This document shows, piece by piece, positions 1-13,187 of a DNA stretch of 64,000 bases (within the stretch, counting starts at the first letter, position 1; each line of letters opens with the position of its first letter). Location: NCBI GenBank assembly GCA_002633005.1, contig NMRA01000159.1, positions 253,855-317,854 on the forward strand, read 5' to 3'. Both the position numbers and the translations under genes were made by a program. This DNA is from Phoronis australis (taxonomy: Eukaryota; Animalia; Phoronida). A model generated the notes under the pieces. The model was not told the origin of the DNA and made no database searches. It was given only the letters and a program-made list of their open reading frames with translations.

Positions 1-127
1 TTGTAGTTGTAGCGACAGCAGACGATAATGTAGGCCTAGTTCTTGGGGTGGTCTATTCCAATAGGGAGCGATGAATCAGCGCGGCTTTGCGTGATTTTGC
101 ATTTCACATCATAAAGAGTTCCATAGC

Positions 128-287
128 AACTCGAGTATGAGTGTCAGATTTGAGTACGTTTGGAGTCTACTCGAAATACGACATTAGATACGCTTTTTGA
201 GTACGACTCCAGTGAGCACGATTTTGAGTATGAAATCTCGAGTATGAGTACGAGTCTGAGTACGGAGATTGGAGACCGGGCCCTGCA
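128..287. repeat. Short element with repeated GAGTA(C/T)GAGT motifs (MITE-like end)
   Basis: Several gagtacga/gagtatga motifs in about 150 bp, ending in ...ccctg, as in the subterminal repeats of non-autonomous DNA transposons. Confidence 0.35.
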
Positions 288-289
288 GT

Positions 290-830
290 GGAACAGGCCT
301 TTCTTAAGCTGCTTACAGTGGGATACACCTCTAGGACAACCACCAAATCCACAACCACTCCCTCGGTGTTAACCCCTTCGTTTGTCGCCACGCTAAGCGT
401 AATGCTTAGTGTAGCGGCATCGGTGTCGCACAAGGTAGAACACACGATAGCGTCATTGCTACAGTCACTCCACCCATGAATTTTTCGTTGGGAATTGAAT
501 CCACATAGTGCCATGAATTCATAAAGTGCCGTGCGTGTTTTGGCTTTAAGGCCCCATTCCAAATAGTTCTGACACAAAGTATGGATATTGGTTCTAAGAC
601 CAATGTTCATGTTGTCAACACTGTACCGATTTTCGCCATGCCACAAATGTGTGAAGAACATGAGTACATGAATGCGAAGCTGTTTTTTACCAGTGATTTG
701 CCATCTACAATAATTGAAGTCGTAGGCATTTGCCATTCAAGCCATTTGCACTACAGAGTGTATTGCAATCCACCCAGCGTTCTCTTATGGGTAGAGATGT
801 CCAACCCTCTCCTATTACTCGTACATGTAC
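290..830 (-). pseudogene. Possible decayed CUB-like domain remnant followed by a Ser/Thr-rich segment
   Basis: Minus-strand peptide NAYDFNYCRWQITGKKQLRIHVLMFF...TLC...ALYEF resembles the CUB pattern Y..N..C.W.I......I.L.F. Upstream in-frame stops and an apparent frameshift. Pattern match by eye only. Confidence 0.25.
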
Positions 831-1741
831 TGTATAGCAATCTCATCACTCCTCGACGGCAATACTTGCGTATGGCCGCTGCTGCAAGTTGAGTGATATA
901 GAGCTCTTCTGAGGAACTGCTATTTGATTTGACTCAGGTATTTGTGACCAGTCCTACATTGTAACAACTGATAAATTTCCTTAGCCGTTATAATCGCAGT
1001 TTTCTGTTTTTCAGAATACCGTACAGCTACACCATTCTCTTCAAGGCCTAACTCAATAACAAGAACAACAGATGTGCCTGAAAACGCTGCGACACGCGCC
1101 AAATTAGTGGCCATGACATACGTCTCTGTCTTTGTTCTTTCAATAACGATGTCGGAATGTAAACTTTAAAGTAAAAACACACCATTCAGCTGACATGAGT
1201 TTCGTCTTTCGGGAATTTTCTATACATTATCTTAAACAGGGCCTTATGTTTTTGATTCAGACCACTTAAAGGGACATCATCAGGGAGAATGGTGACTTTC
1301 TGAGATCAGCACAAGGAGGAATCGAACACGCCGGAACCGCCGCTCTGCTGGGAATTACATAAAACCGTTACGCCACTCGATAAATGTGCTTTACTCAGTC
1401 CCCGGTCTTGGTTTCTACGAGTGTCTGCCTGACAATGACGAGAAGTAGCGATGTCAAATAACACAACAAAAACACGACCGACTTTGAAGTTTTACATCTC
1501 TGGTCGAAGCTAACAACGTTCTGAGCAAACCGCATAGAACAGCAATTCCAGAAATACGTTTTACAACCTGAAAACCGACAATATGCTTTTAATGATACGA
1601 AGATGGTGTAAAGTGTTCCGTAATAAAAGTAGCGGGTACGGAACCCGAAGTTATTGAAAGAACTCGGCTTTCGTTATTTCTTAAAACCCGGCCCTACGAG
1701 TTGGCTTGTTACAGCGTGTCATTTTATGTGCCGAGCTTTAA

Positions 1742-2243
1742 AGAGGAATGGAACACAAAAACTTGTAAAAATAACTTGGCGGTTTAATACTTGGGGATAC
1801 TAACACGAGTGCTGTTCACTTTGAATATTCCAAGACTTTTTCCAGAAAAAATTCGTCAGATGCAGTATTTTTTACACTTAGACGAAATATAAGCTGTTTT
1901 GTCCCAATAAATTTTACAAATTCTCAGTATGCACCCAAAGAAATCGAACTGCCACTGATCTGTTTAAACTACAGGTCAAAGGTCAACTTTTCCACCAAAG
2001 GGAAATGTGCTACATCAGTGAACGTTAATGTGTTGTTGCGCCAAAAAAAGAAGATGTGCTTTCCCATGTGGGAGAAAAGTCGACAAAGTAACAAACAGTT
2101 AAGAGACCGTTTTTCTGAAATTTGAGACTAAAAATGCTTTGGCATCAACAAAAATTAATAATCTTTACGAGCAAACTGTGGTGAACAATTTGACAGAGAA
2201 CCATTTCATTTAATATTATTTAGTCTGTTTTTTCCATGCCACT
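1742..2243. mobile_element. TTAA-flanked non-autonomous DNA transposon (Kolobok-like MITE)
   Basis: TTAA|AGAGGAATGGAA at the left end and TTCCATGCCACT|TTAA at the right end: imperfect TIR of about 12 bp with TTAA on both sides. Confidence 0.4.
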
Positions 2244-2721
2244 TTAAGGAATAGCGATGTGTGAGTTTTTTGCAATTTTATCGGAAAGTAGTATCAATCA
2301 AAAGTTCGTTTCTTGGATGGCAGACGTGCTTAAAGTCAAATTTGATGGCACTCTACTTAAGCCAAAGGCGATTCTGTCATTTTCAACTACAAGGCTGTTG
2401 ATGAAACATGACGACTTCCCGGCGACCAGTTTAAGAAAGAATGACGGTAGTTAGAGGTGGAGAGATGGTAAGACGGTAAAGAAAATCATAGACGATGCAT
2501 GTCTTATTTCAGCCAACTTTTCCATGGTTTGTAGCGGACGAAACCCTTCGAAACTCCCCTATGAGCCTCAGGTTACTTCCTAGCAGGCAGACTTCCGTAA
2601 GAACTACACCAGCTGGCTTCCCGGAACCCCTCAAACTTGGCTTTTGTATATACCTTGCCAAAACTCGTCTTTCATGGTGCTTTTGTCGGATTACAAGGAA
2701 AGAGAATGAATAGGTATTGCG

Positions 2722-2887
2722 AGACCAGCCTCCCGTTCAGTAACGCTAGGACCTCGCTAAAAAGCAAGACTTCGCGAGATTACGTGAGATATTGCCGTGT
2801 ATTTCAAATGAGAACACATGACTTTGACTAGGTTTTAGCTAGGTTCTAGCGTAGGTCCTAGCGTCTACTGAACGCACGTCAGGTCTA
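2722..2887. mobile_element. Palindromic MITE, about 165 bp
   Basis: Left arm cgttcagtaacgctaggacctcgcta matches the reverse complement of the right arm, cgttcagtagacgctaggacctacgcta. The outer agacc/ggtct also pair. Confidence 0.6.
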
Positions 2888-3442
2888 AAACCATACGTTA
2901 TGCGCGTGCCCTCAAGTGCTGTTAGTGAAGTTGAAAAACAAAAGTACTCTACACGCATGTGACGTCATTAAGTATTCCTTCGAATTGTCCTGACAGAAGT
3001 TACAATTTAGGCCTGGTCTTCACCAATTATCAACCGAGGCGTCGCCGCACTTTTCCGCTACCCAGTAAATCACGTGATCCCCAAGATTATATCACTGAAC
3101 ACAATTAAGCCCACGACTAGTACGGCCACTACTATAATGAGTTACGGAAAGAGTATTGTACGAAATTTTACTTTAAACAATAGAGATTTTCAAGGTAGTA
3201 GTCCTCATGAGGCACATTCGAGTTTGGTTTAGAGCGTGGATGACACATGCTCACGCAAATCAAGGCTGGAACGGTTTATCTAAATGCGCTATGCACCGGT
3301 TTAAGCAATTTTAAAAAATGCAATGTGTCGCCAGTAAACAAAAGGGCCGTTTTTGGTCCAACATGGCCTGGAATTGACAAAAATCTAGATATTTACAGTA
3401 TGGTATATGTATTTTCAAAATAATTTATCACCAATCCTTCTC

Positions 3443-4099
3443 TTACGGTATGGAGGTACTATGCGGTTTGAAGTCCAATATGTTATATAATATGACGGCT
3501 GTGATGATCACCATGGCCAAGACTATTCCTATGAGACTTAGCCACATAGAGATACGACCGTTGAGACGAGCTTCGTCTATATTGCCGTTGTAGTAGGCTT
3601 TATCGGAGAGCAGGGAGAAAATTATCGCAACTATACCAAACACGAAACAACCACAGAGACAATTAAATGCTGCCAATCCTAAATAGTTCGGGGGCTTTTC
3701 CCCAGCAAGAGTCGGAAAATATGTTCCCGTGGGTACGGAATCTATAGTGGTCCCGTCTGTCTTTTTATATACGTCTGCGCGAGATAGTCCAGGATAACCA
3801 GGAAATTGGCCGTATGTTGGGTCTCCCGCGGCCGATGGTGTCGGGAGAAATATCCCCAAGTCCGGGGAGAACCCATACCCTGGTAACAAGCTATACATGT
3901 AGGCCGGTTTTCCGGACGTTTGTCTAGCTGGCTGCGGCTTCTGTGGCTCGTCCAGGCGCCCCCTGGAGGCAACGGACTCTAAGTCTGAGCCTCCCAGTGT
4001 TACTTTAGATTTCTTCTTCACGTCGGATTTGCTGTCCTTTTTCTTTTTATCTTTTTTCTTTTTCTTTGGGCGGTCTGCCCTGTTAAGATTATCGTCCAT
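3443..4099 (-). CDS. CD225/dispanin family membrane protein (PRRT1/IFITM/SynDIG-like), 218 aa, single coding exon
   Basis: Perfect Kozak context gccgccATGG. Lys-rich N-terminus and Pro/Gly/Tyr-rich middle. C-terminal dispanin signature PPNYLGLAAFNCLCGCFVFGIVAIIFS...DKAYYNGNIDEARLNGRISMWLSLIGIVL with two hydrophobic segments. Confidence 0.93.
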   Translation of the reverse strand: MDDNLNRADRPKKKKKDKKKKDSKSDVKKKSKVTLGGSDLESVASRGRLDEPQKPQPARQTSGKPAYMYSLLPGYGFSPDLGIFLPTPSAAGDPTYGQFPGYPGLSRADVYKKTDGTTIDSVPTGTYFPTLAGEKPPNYLGLAAFNCLCGCFVFGIVAIIFSLLSDKAYYNGNIDEARLNGRISMWLSLIGIVLAMVIITAVILYNILDFKPHSTSIP

Positions 4100-6425
4100 G
4101 GCGGCACGAGTATTGTCCGACTTTCACAAAATTGTGTCTTCAATCCGCCTTGATAATCTTTGAATGCCACAAAACACGCCTTTCATCTACACAATGAATG
4201 AATAGCTGTTGAAACAAGTAAGTAGCTAGATACAACGGGTTGAGCGGGCATTTTGAATTTGTTAGGTACCTGTCTCCAATTGGTAAATTCGAGCACTTCA
4301 CAAAACGGGCACTTTTTCATATTTCTGGAAAGTCTGAAAATTTGATAGTTCAAATCGATTCAGATACGTTAATTCAAAAGAACAATTAACAATGCTCAGA
4401 TGCTGCGTATTTGTTCATGGTATTACTAGTAATTATTCAATGAATGGAAAATTTTTTGAATACGTTTCTTCTTTGGGACACCACTGAAATTGAACGTTGA
4501 CTGCCCGTGAAACCTCAAGGGACCGCTCAAAACTGATCAGTGATTTTTTTTGTAATTGAGAATGTATGCTTACACGAAACTAAATTGACTTTTCAATTCA
4601 AATGCGTTTCGTACTTACACCGTTCCATTCAGATAATGACGCACCTCACTTCTTTAAACAGTCATCTCATCTGCCGGTCAACAGGGCATCATGAATGCGT
4701 GACGTCACGTTTAAAGAGGCTAATTTCAGAGAACGCTTAATGCTAAAACTCCGCAGATTTCTTCTTGAGCAATCGTTCTGTCGCGCAGTTTATAGGTAGC
4801 AGCACGTTGTGTCTACCAGGTTCTGTGCGTGGTACGTTTTTGCGCATTGTTACGTCAGCACATTGTCGCTATTTATCCTCAAAGCCAAAAGACATTGACA
4901 GTGTTAAAAACAATCTCCCAAATTGGTTCTGCAGGCAATCTTAAATTGGTCGTTGTTCGACAGTAGCATCGACCCACGTGTTGTAAAGTGCATAGTTTGT
5001 GGCACTGCCCAGAATCAAGTCATGACCACTGGTTAAGTACACGGTAACGAGAGACCAACCAAACGGGTGTCATATTTAAATGCCTATGCGACTCTGTCAT
5101 AATGGGTGACCCTCTCTAGCATTAGAGAATGGTTTATTCTTGGATTTTGCAGACTTTCTAAAACGGTGGATATCACGCGGCACATGCTTTCTACCCATTA
5201 ACGTTGTCCACTGCCGCCACCCACTGCTCCGACTTTCTGGCGAATGAGATGGGTCCGATCCACTCCAGTAGTGCGAAAACCACCTTATGCCTCAGATGAT
5301 TTGAAACACACGCACATATATTACAGATTGCTCAATATTTTTATCACTTAATGGAACCCAGCAATATACATATTATCATTACAGATTCAGGTTTTAAATT
5401 CAAGAAAGCACTGCATTTATCTAGGGCCATCTTCCTGGCAAGTCATACATGTATGTCGCTTGCTTTCTTCCCCTTGTGAAATTGTATATCACTTGACGTA
5501 AGTAGGGAACCGGACTGATAGGTTCTCGTTATAACATCAGTTGTTGTTTTTGATTTTAACTTATTATTGCGTCTTGGGAATACTACATGTGCAAAAAGTG
5601 ATGCATTCACTGCCGCAAAACGAAAGCATTATATACAGGCATATTAACAAATATAATAACAATAAATATAAAGATGATCATTACTAGCACATATCAAATT
5701 ACAAATGGAGAATTTCTACAGTAAACGTGTAACAACAAAATGCATGCCGAGACATTGAACGATCTAATTACATATAAAAACACAAACAAACACGCATAAA
5801 CACAAAACACAGAGGTTACAACGACTAGACGGTTAGGGAATTGTGATTGGTGTTTCCTCTTAAAGTGGATACTATATCTATTAGAAAAAAATATTCATAT
5901 CTTAGTTAAGTTGCTGTGAACCATCAAGTAAAACGAAGGATGTTGACCTAATGTGCAGTAAACGGAAGTGACGTCACTATTTGAATTAAGGGCCTGGAAG
6001 AGATGGAAACGATAAATTTGTTTGACCGGGCACTTAAAAATGAATAAGACTACTCAAGGAGCAATTGATGCGTCTTGAAAATAAATTTGACACTATTGAG
6101 AATTAAGAAAAATACCAGTACGTAATCAATTGCTGTTCATTCATTATTACATTATAGATCATTTCATATTTAGGGCACCCAGTCCTTGAATGGAGCCCTA
6201 AGAAAATTATATTTTCTGAAATCAGAAAACCAAGAATTTGATGTTTGGCACTTTACAGATTCTGCAAGGGATTGGGTCAAGTTCCCATGTCTTTGAACAT
6301 ACATGTATGCAAACTATAATTTTGCACTGCACCATGTCTTTGGTTCATAGATTGGTTGGCTAATATTGCGCCGCGCGTGCGTGGGGATTTGCTTGCATTC
6401 ATTTGTTTCGGTGTTGACTCTTTCT

Positions 6426-6578
6426 AGTGTTCGAGCTTGAGCAAATTAAAAATAAAGTGCTGACCCGCCGAGCCAGTTACTTGAATATGAGACCACATCT
6501 ATGTGGGCCTATAAGTGAAAGTTTACTGGCCCAGCCGCAAATCCACAGGCCTCGAGCCACCGTGTATTTCGAACGCTG
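6426..6578. mobile_element. hAT-like MITE
   Basis: Ends tagtgttcga ... tcgaacgctg form an imperfect TIR. Internal cgagcca / ggccc subterminal motifs. Confidence 0.35.
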
Positions 6579-8129
6579 GCTTTTACTGTGGAATATACAT
6601 GTAAGGCTGTGGGTGGAAAGCTTGTTTACAACAAACTAATTAAGTTTAGAACTGTTATAACGGAAAAACTCTTGACAACAAATTTCATCTACATTTTTGG
6701 GGTAATTTGCGCTCTAATGACCCCAAACATTGTTGTCAACATCCGAGAATGAAAAGAGAACGGGACAACTGGATTGAAAAACGGTACATGCCGATAAAAA
6801 GCGGGAAACCTGAGTCTATTCCTCAAAGCAAGGGTCGAGTCTTCGCCGCACCACACACAAACGACGTCGCGACAGCGTCTTTTATTTCATGAATAGGAGA
6901 CATAAAACCCAAAAATACTCGAGAGCTGTTTTTTTAGTCGTAAGGGGAAATTGACGATGACACAAAAATCCACGAAACGTTCCGTTTTTTCTTTTCAGTC
7001 GAACGAGAAAATAGAACTAAGTCGCGAAGGAAAAACAGTGGGCCTGACTATTTGCGGCATCCCACCAGAGCTAAGGGTCGGTGCATGTAAGGAATGAATG
7101 ACTACTGTAACTGACCGGTTTGTTGCCAAAGGTTACCGAGACATTGCTAGTTATCTGGAACCGTACCTCAAGAAAATTGCTAAAAAAGTCCATTGCGAAC
7201 ACAAATGACAAAAATGAAAATGAAAATGAAACCGCGAAATTACGCATAATTTGAGAACTAAAACACTCGAATAAAACTCAGTAGAGCAGACAACTGGAAA
7301 TTCACACTGCAAACTGCCGTGAAATCTCGTGGCCACGTGTGGGAAATGGTACCCATATCCACAGTAGTATGCTTTGGACATAATGCAAACTTGCCATTTG
7401 AAGTAATTTTTTGGATTCGATACGAACGGCAAATCTGTTCTAAATTACACCAGAGAGCAAATAAATCGGCGTCGTGATCGTCGATTAATTATCTGTTTCG
7501 ATTAGGGGGCCGGCTGTACATCCAAAGAGGCTTCTCAACAATCTCATCATAACTTTCCGTCACCATCCTTTACTCTTATTTATTTAACTGCAAAATGAAA
7601 TACGCATTCCAATGATAAGAGATATAAGACCCTGTATGATACAAACTTTAAGCAACTAAATATTGTATATAAGTATTGGAACATTGTGTTTTTCGTCAAT
7701 AGTTGGACCTAATTATTGACTGGACGCCTGGAAAAATAATGCGCACTCTTATGTACATGTAAACTTGCTAGATGTTTTCATGGAGCAGGGGCATGTAAAT
7801 TTGCACGTATGCAAGTGTAAATTTTGCCATTCTCCTAGAGAACCAGTAATACAAATTTTACGACGTGTAGTCACGGTCAAGTTTGCGTAATATATTTTCT
7901 GTGCCCATGGACTTGAATTACACATTTGCATCCGTACATGTACATGTACGCAAATAGGTCGGCCGCTTGTGGACGGGGCGCTAGTAGGCCTGCTGATTTT
8001 CTGACGACCGTCATTGATATGAATGTTTTTTCCCAGCCCGAGATCGCAGGGAAGGCAACAAAAACGGGGATCTCTTAAATGACGAAGTTCTGATTTCACG
8101 GATAGAAAGTATATCACACAACTTTCGAG

Positions 8130-11100
8130 TTGCAAGACACTACCCTCCTCAACCGCCAACCGCGGATGATAACACGGTTCGGCTAGTAGTAACGGTACTG
8201 CCATCCTCGGTGTCGCCAACAGCAATAAACCACCGGGTAGTGTCTGTGAGACAGTCATTCAGAGTAGCTGACTCGTGTCTGAAGCTACGATTTTTTTCTC
8301 TAGTACAAATCCAGCAGTTCACTGATGCGCCTTTTGGTCTCCGTGGTGTCACAACCACTGAATCCAATCAAGGCGAATAGAGACGACACTGATCGGGCGA
8401 CAAACCCACGGTACCCGACGTCTGCGGGCAAAACATGACAGCTCCAACCTCTTCCTTCCCATTGCGATCTTATGATGGCCCATATACGTGTACCGTGTTC
8501 CCATCCTTTCCTATTCATATTCAATATTCAACTCCTACGCAACTGTCACCTCGATCAACTCCCAATATCAAGGCGCAAGTTAGCTGAAGAGCGGATCGTT
8601 AGTCAGTCATCACCTTCCAGTCACTGACATCACACAACAGCTTCACGTGTTTTCTTTGCCTTTTTGCACTCAGAAGAGGCTTTTTCTCTTGAGTAAATTG
8701 CATGCCGTTGGTGGTCATACTCGCTGGTTTTGCATTTACAACTTTACAACAAGCATTCAGTGACTCTGACAGGACTTCCAGGACCTGATTGAGGCGCTAG
8801 ATGTACATCTGGAGACATTGCGGACAACTTGATAAAACATGACAAAGCTCTTCGTGGCATCAAATGTAAAGGTCCGAGACAGACAGACGTCATTGTTTCA
8901 GGCTAAACGTAAGTCTCATGAAAAACAATAGTGCCAGGAGATAGAAAGCAAATAATGAGGCTGATGAAATCTCTCGTGGCCGTATCACACTGCTTTGCCT
9001 GCGAGTCAGATTTACATGTACCTAATCTTTTCTGTTCCTAGAAAGAGCGGATCTCTTCGGTAGTCATCTGGGAGTGACGAATTTTGGCACTTGCGTTGTG
9101 AACCATTTTTGGGATGAACAGCCTGGTCAGGCACTCCTCGTCTGAGTATCTCCTAAATTACATCCTTGGTTCGAAGGATCGCCTTGGAATTTCTGACGTA
9201 TCTGCAGCTGGCAATTTACAACCACAACGAATTTCGGGTAACAGAGAACGAATGACTGAGTCTATCGAGTCTTTCGTCATCAGATGCAGTCTGACTTTGC
9301 TGGCGTTATATTCCTCCACGAGAGGTGGCAATGGTAGCTACAGGATCCAAATTCTATCGTCACGTTCGTCGGAAGAAAAGCACGGAGAGACTCCTAATCA
9401 AACTGATTCGCTGTTTTATACGTGCGTTTTCCCTTTGAAAATGGAATTTTATATATTTTCACGACCACATCAGTCGTGAAAGCGCGCCATACTGAAAGCA
9501 GCACACACTACGTTTCCCTGACAGCAAGCTGTTGTAGATGGTCTTTAGACCATCCTCAGTAAACTTCCCAACTTCATTACCATGATTGGGTATACATGTA
9601 ACTGCAGGAATGTCCTCGCCTCCAATTAAGAAGTGGATCTGTCTGACTTTAACTGCCATTAAGAGCAGACTCTTTGTTGGTTTGGCTTTCATTCTAACCC
9701 ACGTGAACAGCTCATTGAAGCAATCCAAAAATCTCCCGGTGTCAGTTCTTAACTGAGCCAGGGTTGTGGTGTCGCCCATCAAGGCTTTAGCAGACAGAAA
9801 AACCAAGCCAGACACAATTCCTGTCAAAGGGCCAAGGAGGGTCAGATCTATTTCCATGACAGGGAAAAATGACTCATCCCATCATAATCCCAGCTTCTAA
9901 TGATTGACAGTCTGCTGTGTACTGGAAGACCGCAAAAAGCTGACCCAAAGTACATCAGGACGATTTTGCTGACTTCCCTAGGAAAACGGCAGAAGCGTAG
10001 GGTATGTCACACCGGCCGGGTCATGTGGTACCGAATCATAGGCTTTAGTGAGGTCCAGCCAGCATGAATATCGTCCTTGGTTCTTTTAGCATGCTGAATG
10101 AAGTTTCAAATCATCTGGGCATACTTAATACAACATACGAAACCAGGTACGCCAGCCTTTTGCGTTGATAAACCTGCTGGTGAGCAAAAAAAAAATGGTT
10201 GAACGATAACCAAGCCTCCGAAGAACACCTTTCGTTTAATATTTAATTGGGCTATCAGACGAAACCTTCCAACATACGTCGGGCTTTCCTCCTTTGGAAT
10301 TCAGATGCCGCCAGTCAAACACCACCCCTGGGGAAACAATCCTTCTTTCTAGCCAGCTTCTGGAGCACTGTTGGACAGAAAGAAATCCCATTCAACTCAG
10401 GAGCACTCTTAGACCTGGCATTCCTTACAAACTCCTTAATCTCTCTCAGTTCCAAAGAAAATGATTCAAATGGAAAAACCGGTGGCCACGGAATGTCGTG
10501 TCGGTCCATAATATGAGTCTTTTGTGTGGATCTTTCGTAACTGGTCTTGCAGATTATTCTTCGGTATATTAACGGTTTTACTTTTGTTTGATCTTTTGGA
10601 AAAATTAAGATTCTTGTAAAAGGACTCTGGCTTTCCTTTTTCTTTTCTGCCGTTTGAGTTGGTGTTCTCCCGATGCCGTCTATCCAGTTTTGATGGCATG
10701 GTTTTCCTGATCAGTGGCAGACACCAATTGACTTTTCAGAAGCCTTTGTTGAGGGCCGAGCTGTCCCTTACCAGTTTGTCGTCTATTTGCTCGTTACTCC
10801 AAGCCCAGAGTGTATGAGAATTATCCCAACATGAGTCGTACAAAACTGACGCAACTGCTGATCTGTATTGCTCCTCAGACTACCTGACATAATACATGAA
10901 AGGTCTCTGTCCAGTTTCGACCAGTCCATACTTTGGTTGCCTTTTAGCCAATAGATCCTTCGATGTCGCAGTAGGAGGACAGTTGATGGAAGGCATGGGT
11001 TCGTGAGCGCTGTGGTTTGCGTCCCGATTCTCGTTTCCATTGATCGACTGATTGGAGTCCGAAGGAGGATTATATTCCAGTGTTGGTGAATACGCAACTC

Positions 11101-11300
11101 ACGTACAGTGTTAGTTGTTGCCAGGTTTAGCTCTAAGTCGTTGTCCGGATCAGGTAATCGTTGGGAGATATATTATCCCTGTCCGATACAGAGCCCTGAG
11201 ATTATTTATTACTTTGATGCTTCGTTTTCAGCAAGAGAGACACAACAGCCAAAAGATCTTTACTCCCAAGGAAGTCACTTTCATGAGGCATCGCCTACCC
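8130..11300 (-). mobile_element. Decayed, 5'-truncated RLE-type non-LTR retrotransposon (HERO-like clade)
   Basis: Minus-strand fragments in RT-then-RLE order: LELREIKEFVRNARSKSAPELNGI (RT N-terminal region), FTWVRMKAKPTKS (RT thumb), and GWSCHVLPADVGYRGFVARS (C-terminal restriction-like endonuclease, cf. GW...P.EVGCRGF). Many stops and frameshifts. Boundaries approximate. Confidence 0.8.
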
Positions 11301-11774
11301 TAACATTCGTGAATTTGTGACCCCAACGCCTAAGCGAGATTAAGCCAGACTGTACTGAGATTCACCAGTCATAATCGATTCAAATATTAATGGGCGTGGC
11401 TTAGCCGCGCTGCCGATAAAACCTATTCGCTAATTTCTCTTGTAGCGCATAGGTTTTAAGCATTCGAAGACTTTTATCCTAAACTTTTCAATGTTAAAAA
11501 CATGTTGGTCGCTTTTGCCTTATACGTATTGTTCGTTTTTGTGACTTTGACTCGTACGCTTAACAAGCACGTTGGTTACGACCGCAGTTATCCCATCCAA
11601 TACGCATTGTGTAAGCCCATGACAATAGCGACTGGTTCACTTCAGTCTGTGACACAAAATGAAGCCTGTGATGTGCCAGCGAGTTTTCTTGAAAACTCTG
11701 GGGTTCAAACATTGCACAGTAAGCTCGTCCACTTGTGTGCAAACTCCGTTAGCGCAAAAGGTGCGCAAAATGTT

Positions 11775-12125
11775 GTTTTCAGGGGAGTCACCTTACTTTC
11801 CAGGGAATCACCTTAATTTCCAGGAAGTCACCTCATTTTACAGGGAGTCACAATACTTTTCAGTGAGTCAACTTTACTTTTCACCTTCCTTTCCAAGAAG
11901 TCACCTTACTTTCCAGGGAGTACTCGTGTGTCCAGGGAGCCAATTCTTACTTTTCAAGGCTAGTCACATTGCATTCCGCAGTTACCTTGCTTTCCAGGTA
12001 GTCACCTTACTTTCCAGGGAGCCATCTTGTTTTCCGCCAGGGAACCACTTTGCTTTCCAAGAAGTCACCTTACTTTCCAGGGAGGCACCTTACTTTCCAG
12101 GGAGCTACACTACTTTCCAGCTAGG
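11775..12125. repeat. Minisatellite, about 20-21 bp unit (GTCACCTTACTTTCCAGGGA)
   Basis: More than a dozen degenerate tandem copies visible. Explains the spurious ORFs at 11659-12434. Confidence 0.9.
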
Positions 12126-12778
12126 GATCGAGTCGCTTTTCATGTCCTGAATAATTCACTCACAAGGATCACCCGTCATTCATATGCGGGAAATTTAACC
12201 ACTGCGGAGCCTTCTTCACTTGGGAGCGGCTTGAACCACGATCAAAGCGAGGGAGACGCCAGAGGACGACACTGTTGTGAGGACAAGATTGTAGAGTGCG
12301 AACAACACTCAAGTAGGTGTCTAAACCCGGCCGTAAACTGTTCCATCTCTGCTTGTAGGCCTACTGGCGAATTTTCAAAATGCACAAACCATATAATTAT
12401 CGTAAAAATAAACATGACGACAATATTTAGTTGAAAAAACAACATAGTGTGGTTTTTCTGTTTTGACATTGATGAACTAAGAAGCCGCCCTAAAAAAACT
12501 ACAATGAACCATTGGCTACGGAACGAAGACAACCAACCATGCGAAATGATATATTTATACAGTTGTATTCGGAAGATTTACAAACGCTGATCATAATTAA
12601 AAATACCACAAGATTCATACTTTTAGTATACAACTAAACTAATGCAATAAACAGAAACAACGCCAAATTACATGTCAGTAACTTTTGACCAGTCGTATCG
12701 AACTTATTCGAAGAGTAGAACGCTAACCGGAAAACTGATCATTCGGTAATCAGTTGGCGATCTCGAAGTACCCATATA

Positions 12779-12925
12779 TATGGGCGGCGCACCATGAGGG
12801 GGGCTGGGGAGGCTATAGCCCACACTTTTTTCAGTGCTGCGTCGCGCTGCCCAAGGTCTATAGGCGGTGCACCACAGGGGGCTGGGGGGAGCTTTAGCAC
12901 CTCCACTTTTTTGCGCCGGCCCATG
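12779..12925. mobile_element. Short GC-rich MITE with internal duplication
   Basis: Ends atgggcggcgca ... tgcgccggcccat. Two copies of ggcg(g/c)gcacca.ggggctggggg.gct.tagc. Confidence 0.5.
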
Positions 12926-13187
12926 GTACGGTCAAGGAAGATTAAAGAAAAGTCAAATCAAAAGAAACTCTTTATTTATAGTGCAGTTTGACAAAATAGA
13001 CAAAGGCTAATATCACCTACTAGCTGTAGAAGGGTAGATTCAAAGTCAATGAAAAAATCCAAGCAAAAGATGAGGTGGTGATAGCTGACTTCAAAGTTTT
13101 ACTGACGATTAAAATCTCAGTGATGCGGGCACGGAGTCAGCTCTGTGCAAATGTCAATGAAGTCAGGTAAATGTAACATCTATAGTA

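Noticed and set aside
11502-12434. Overlapping ORFs of 104-163 aa, and a possible CRISPR-like array
   Set aside because: Produced by a head-to-tail minisatellite with no unique spacers, in a eukaryotic context with no cas genes.
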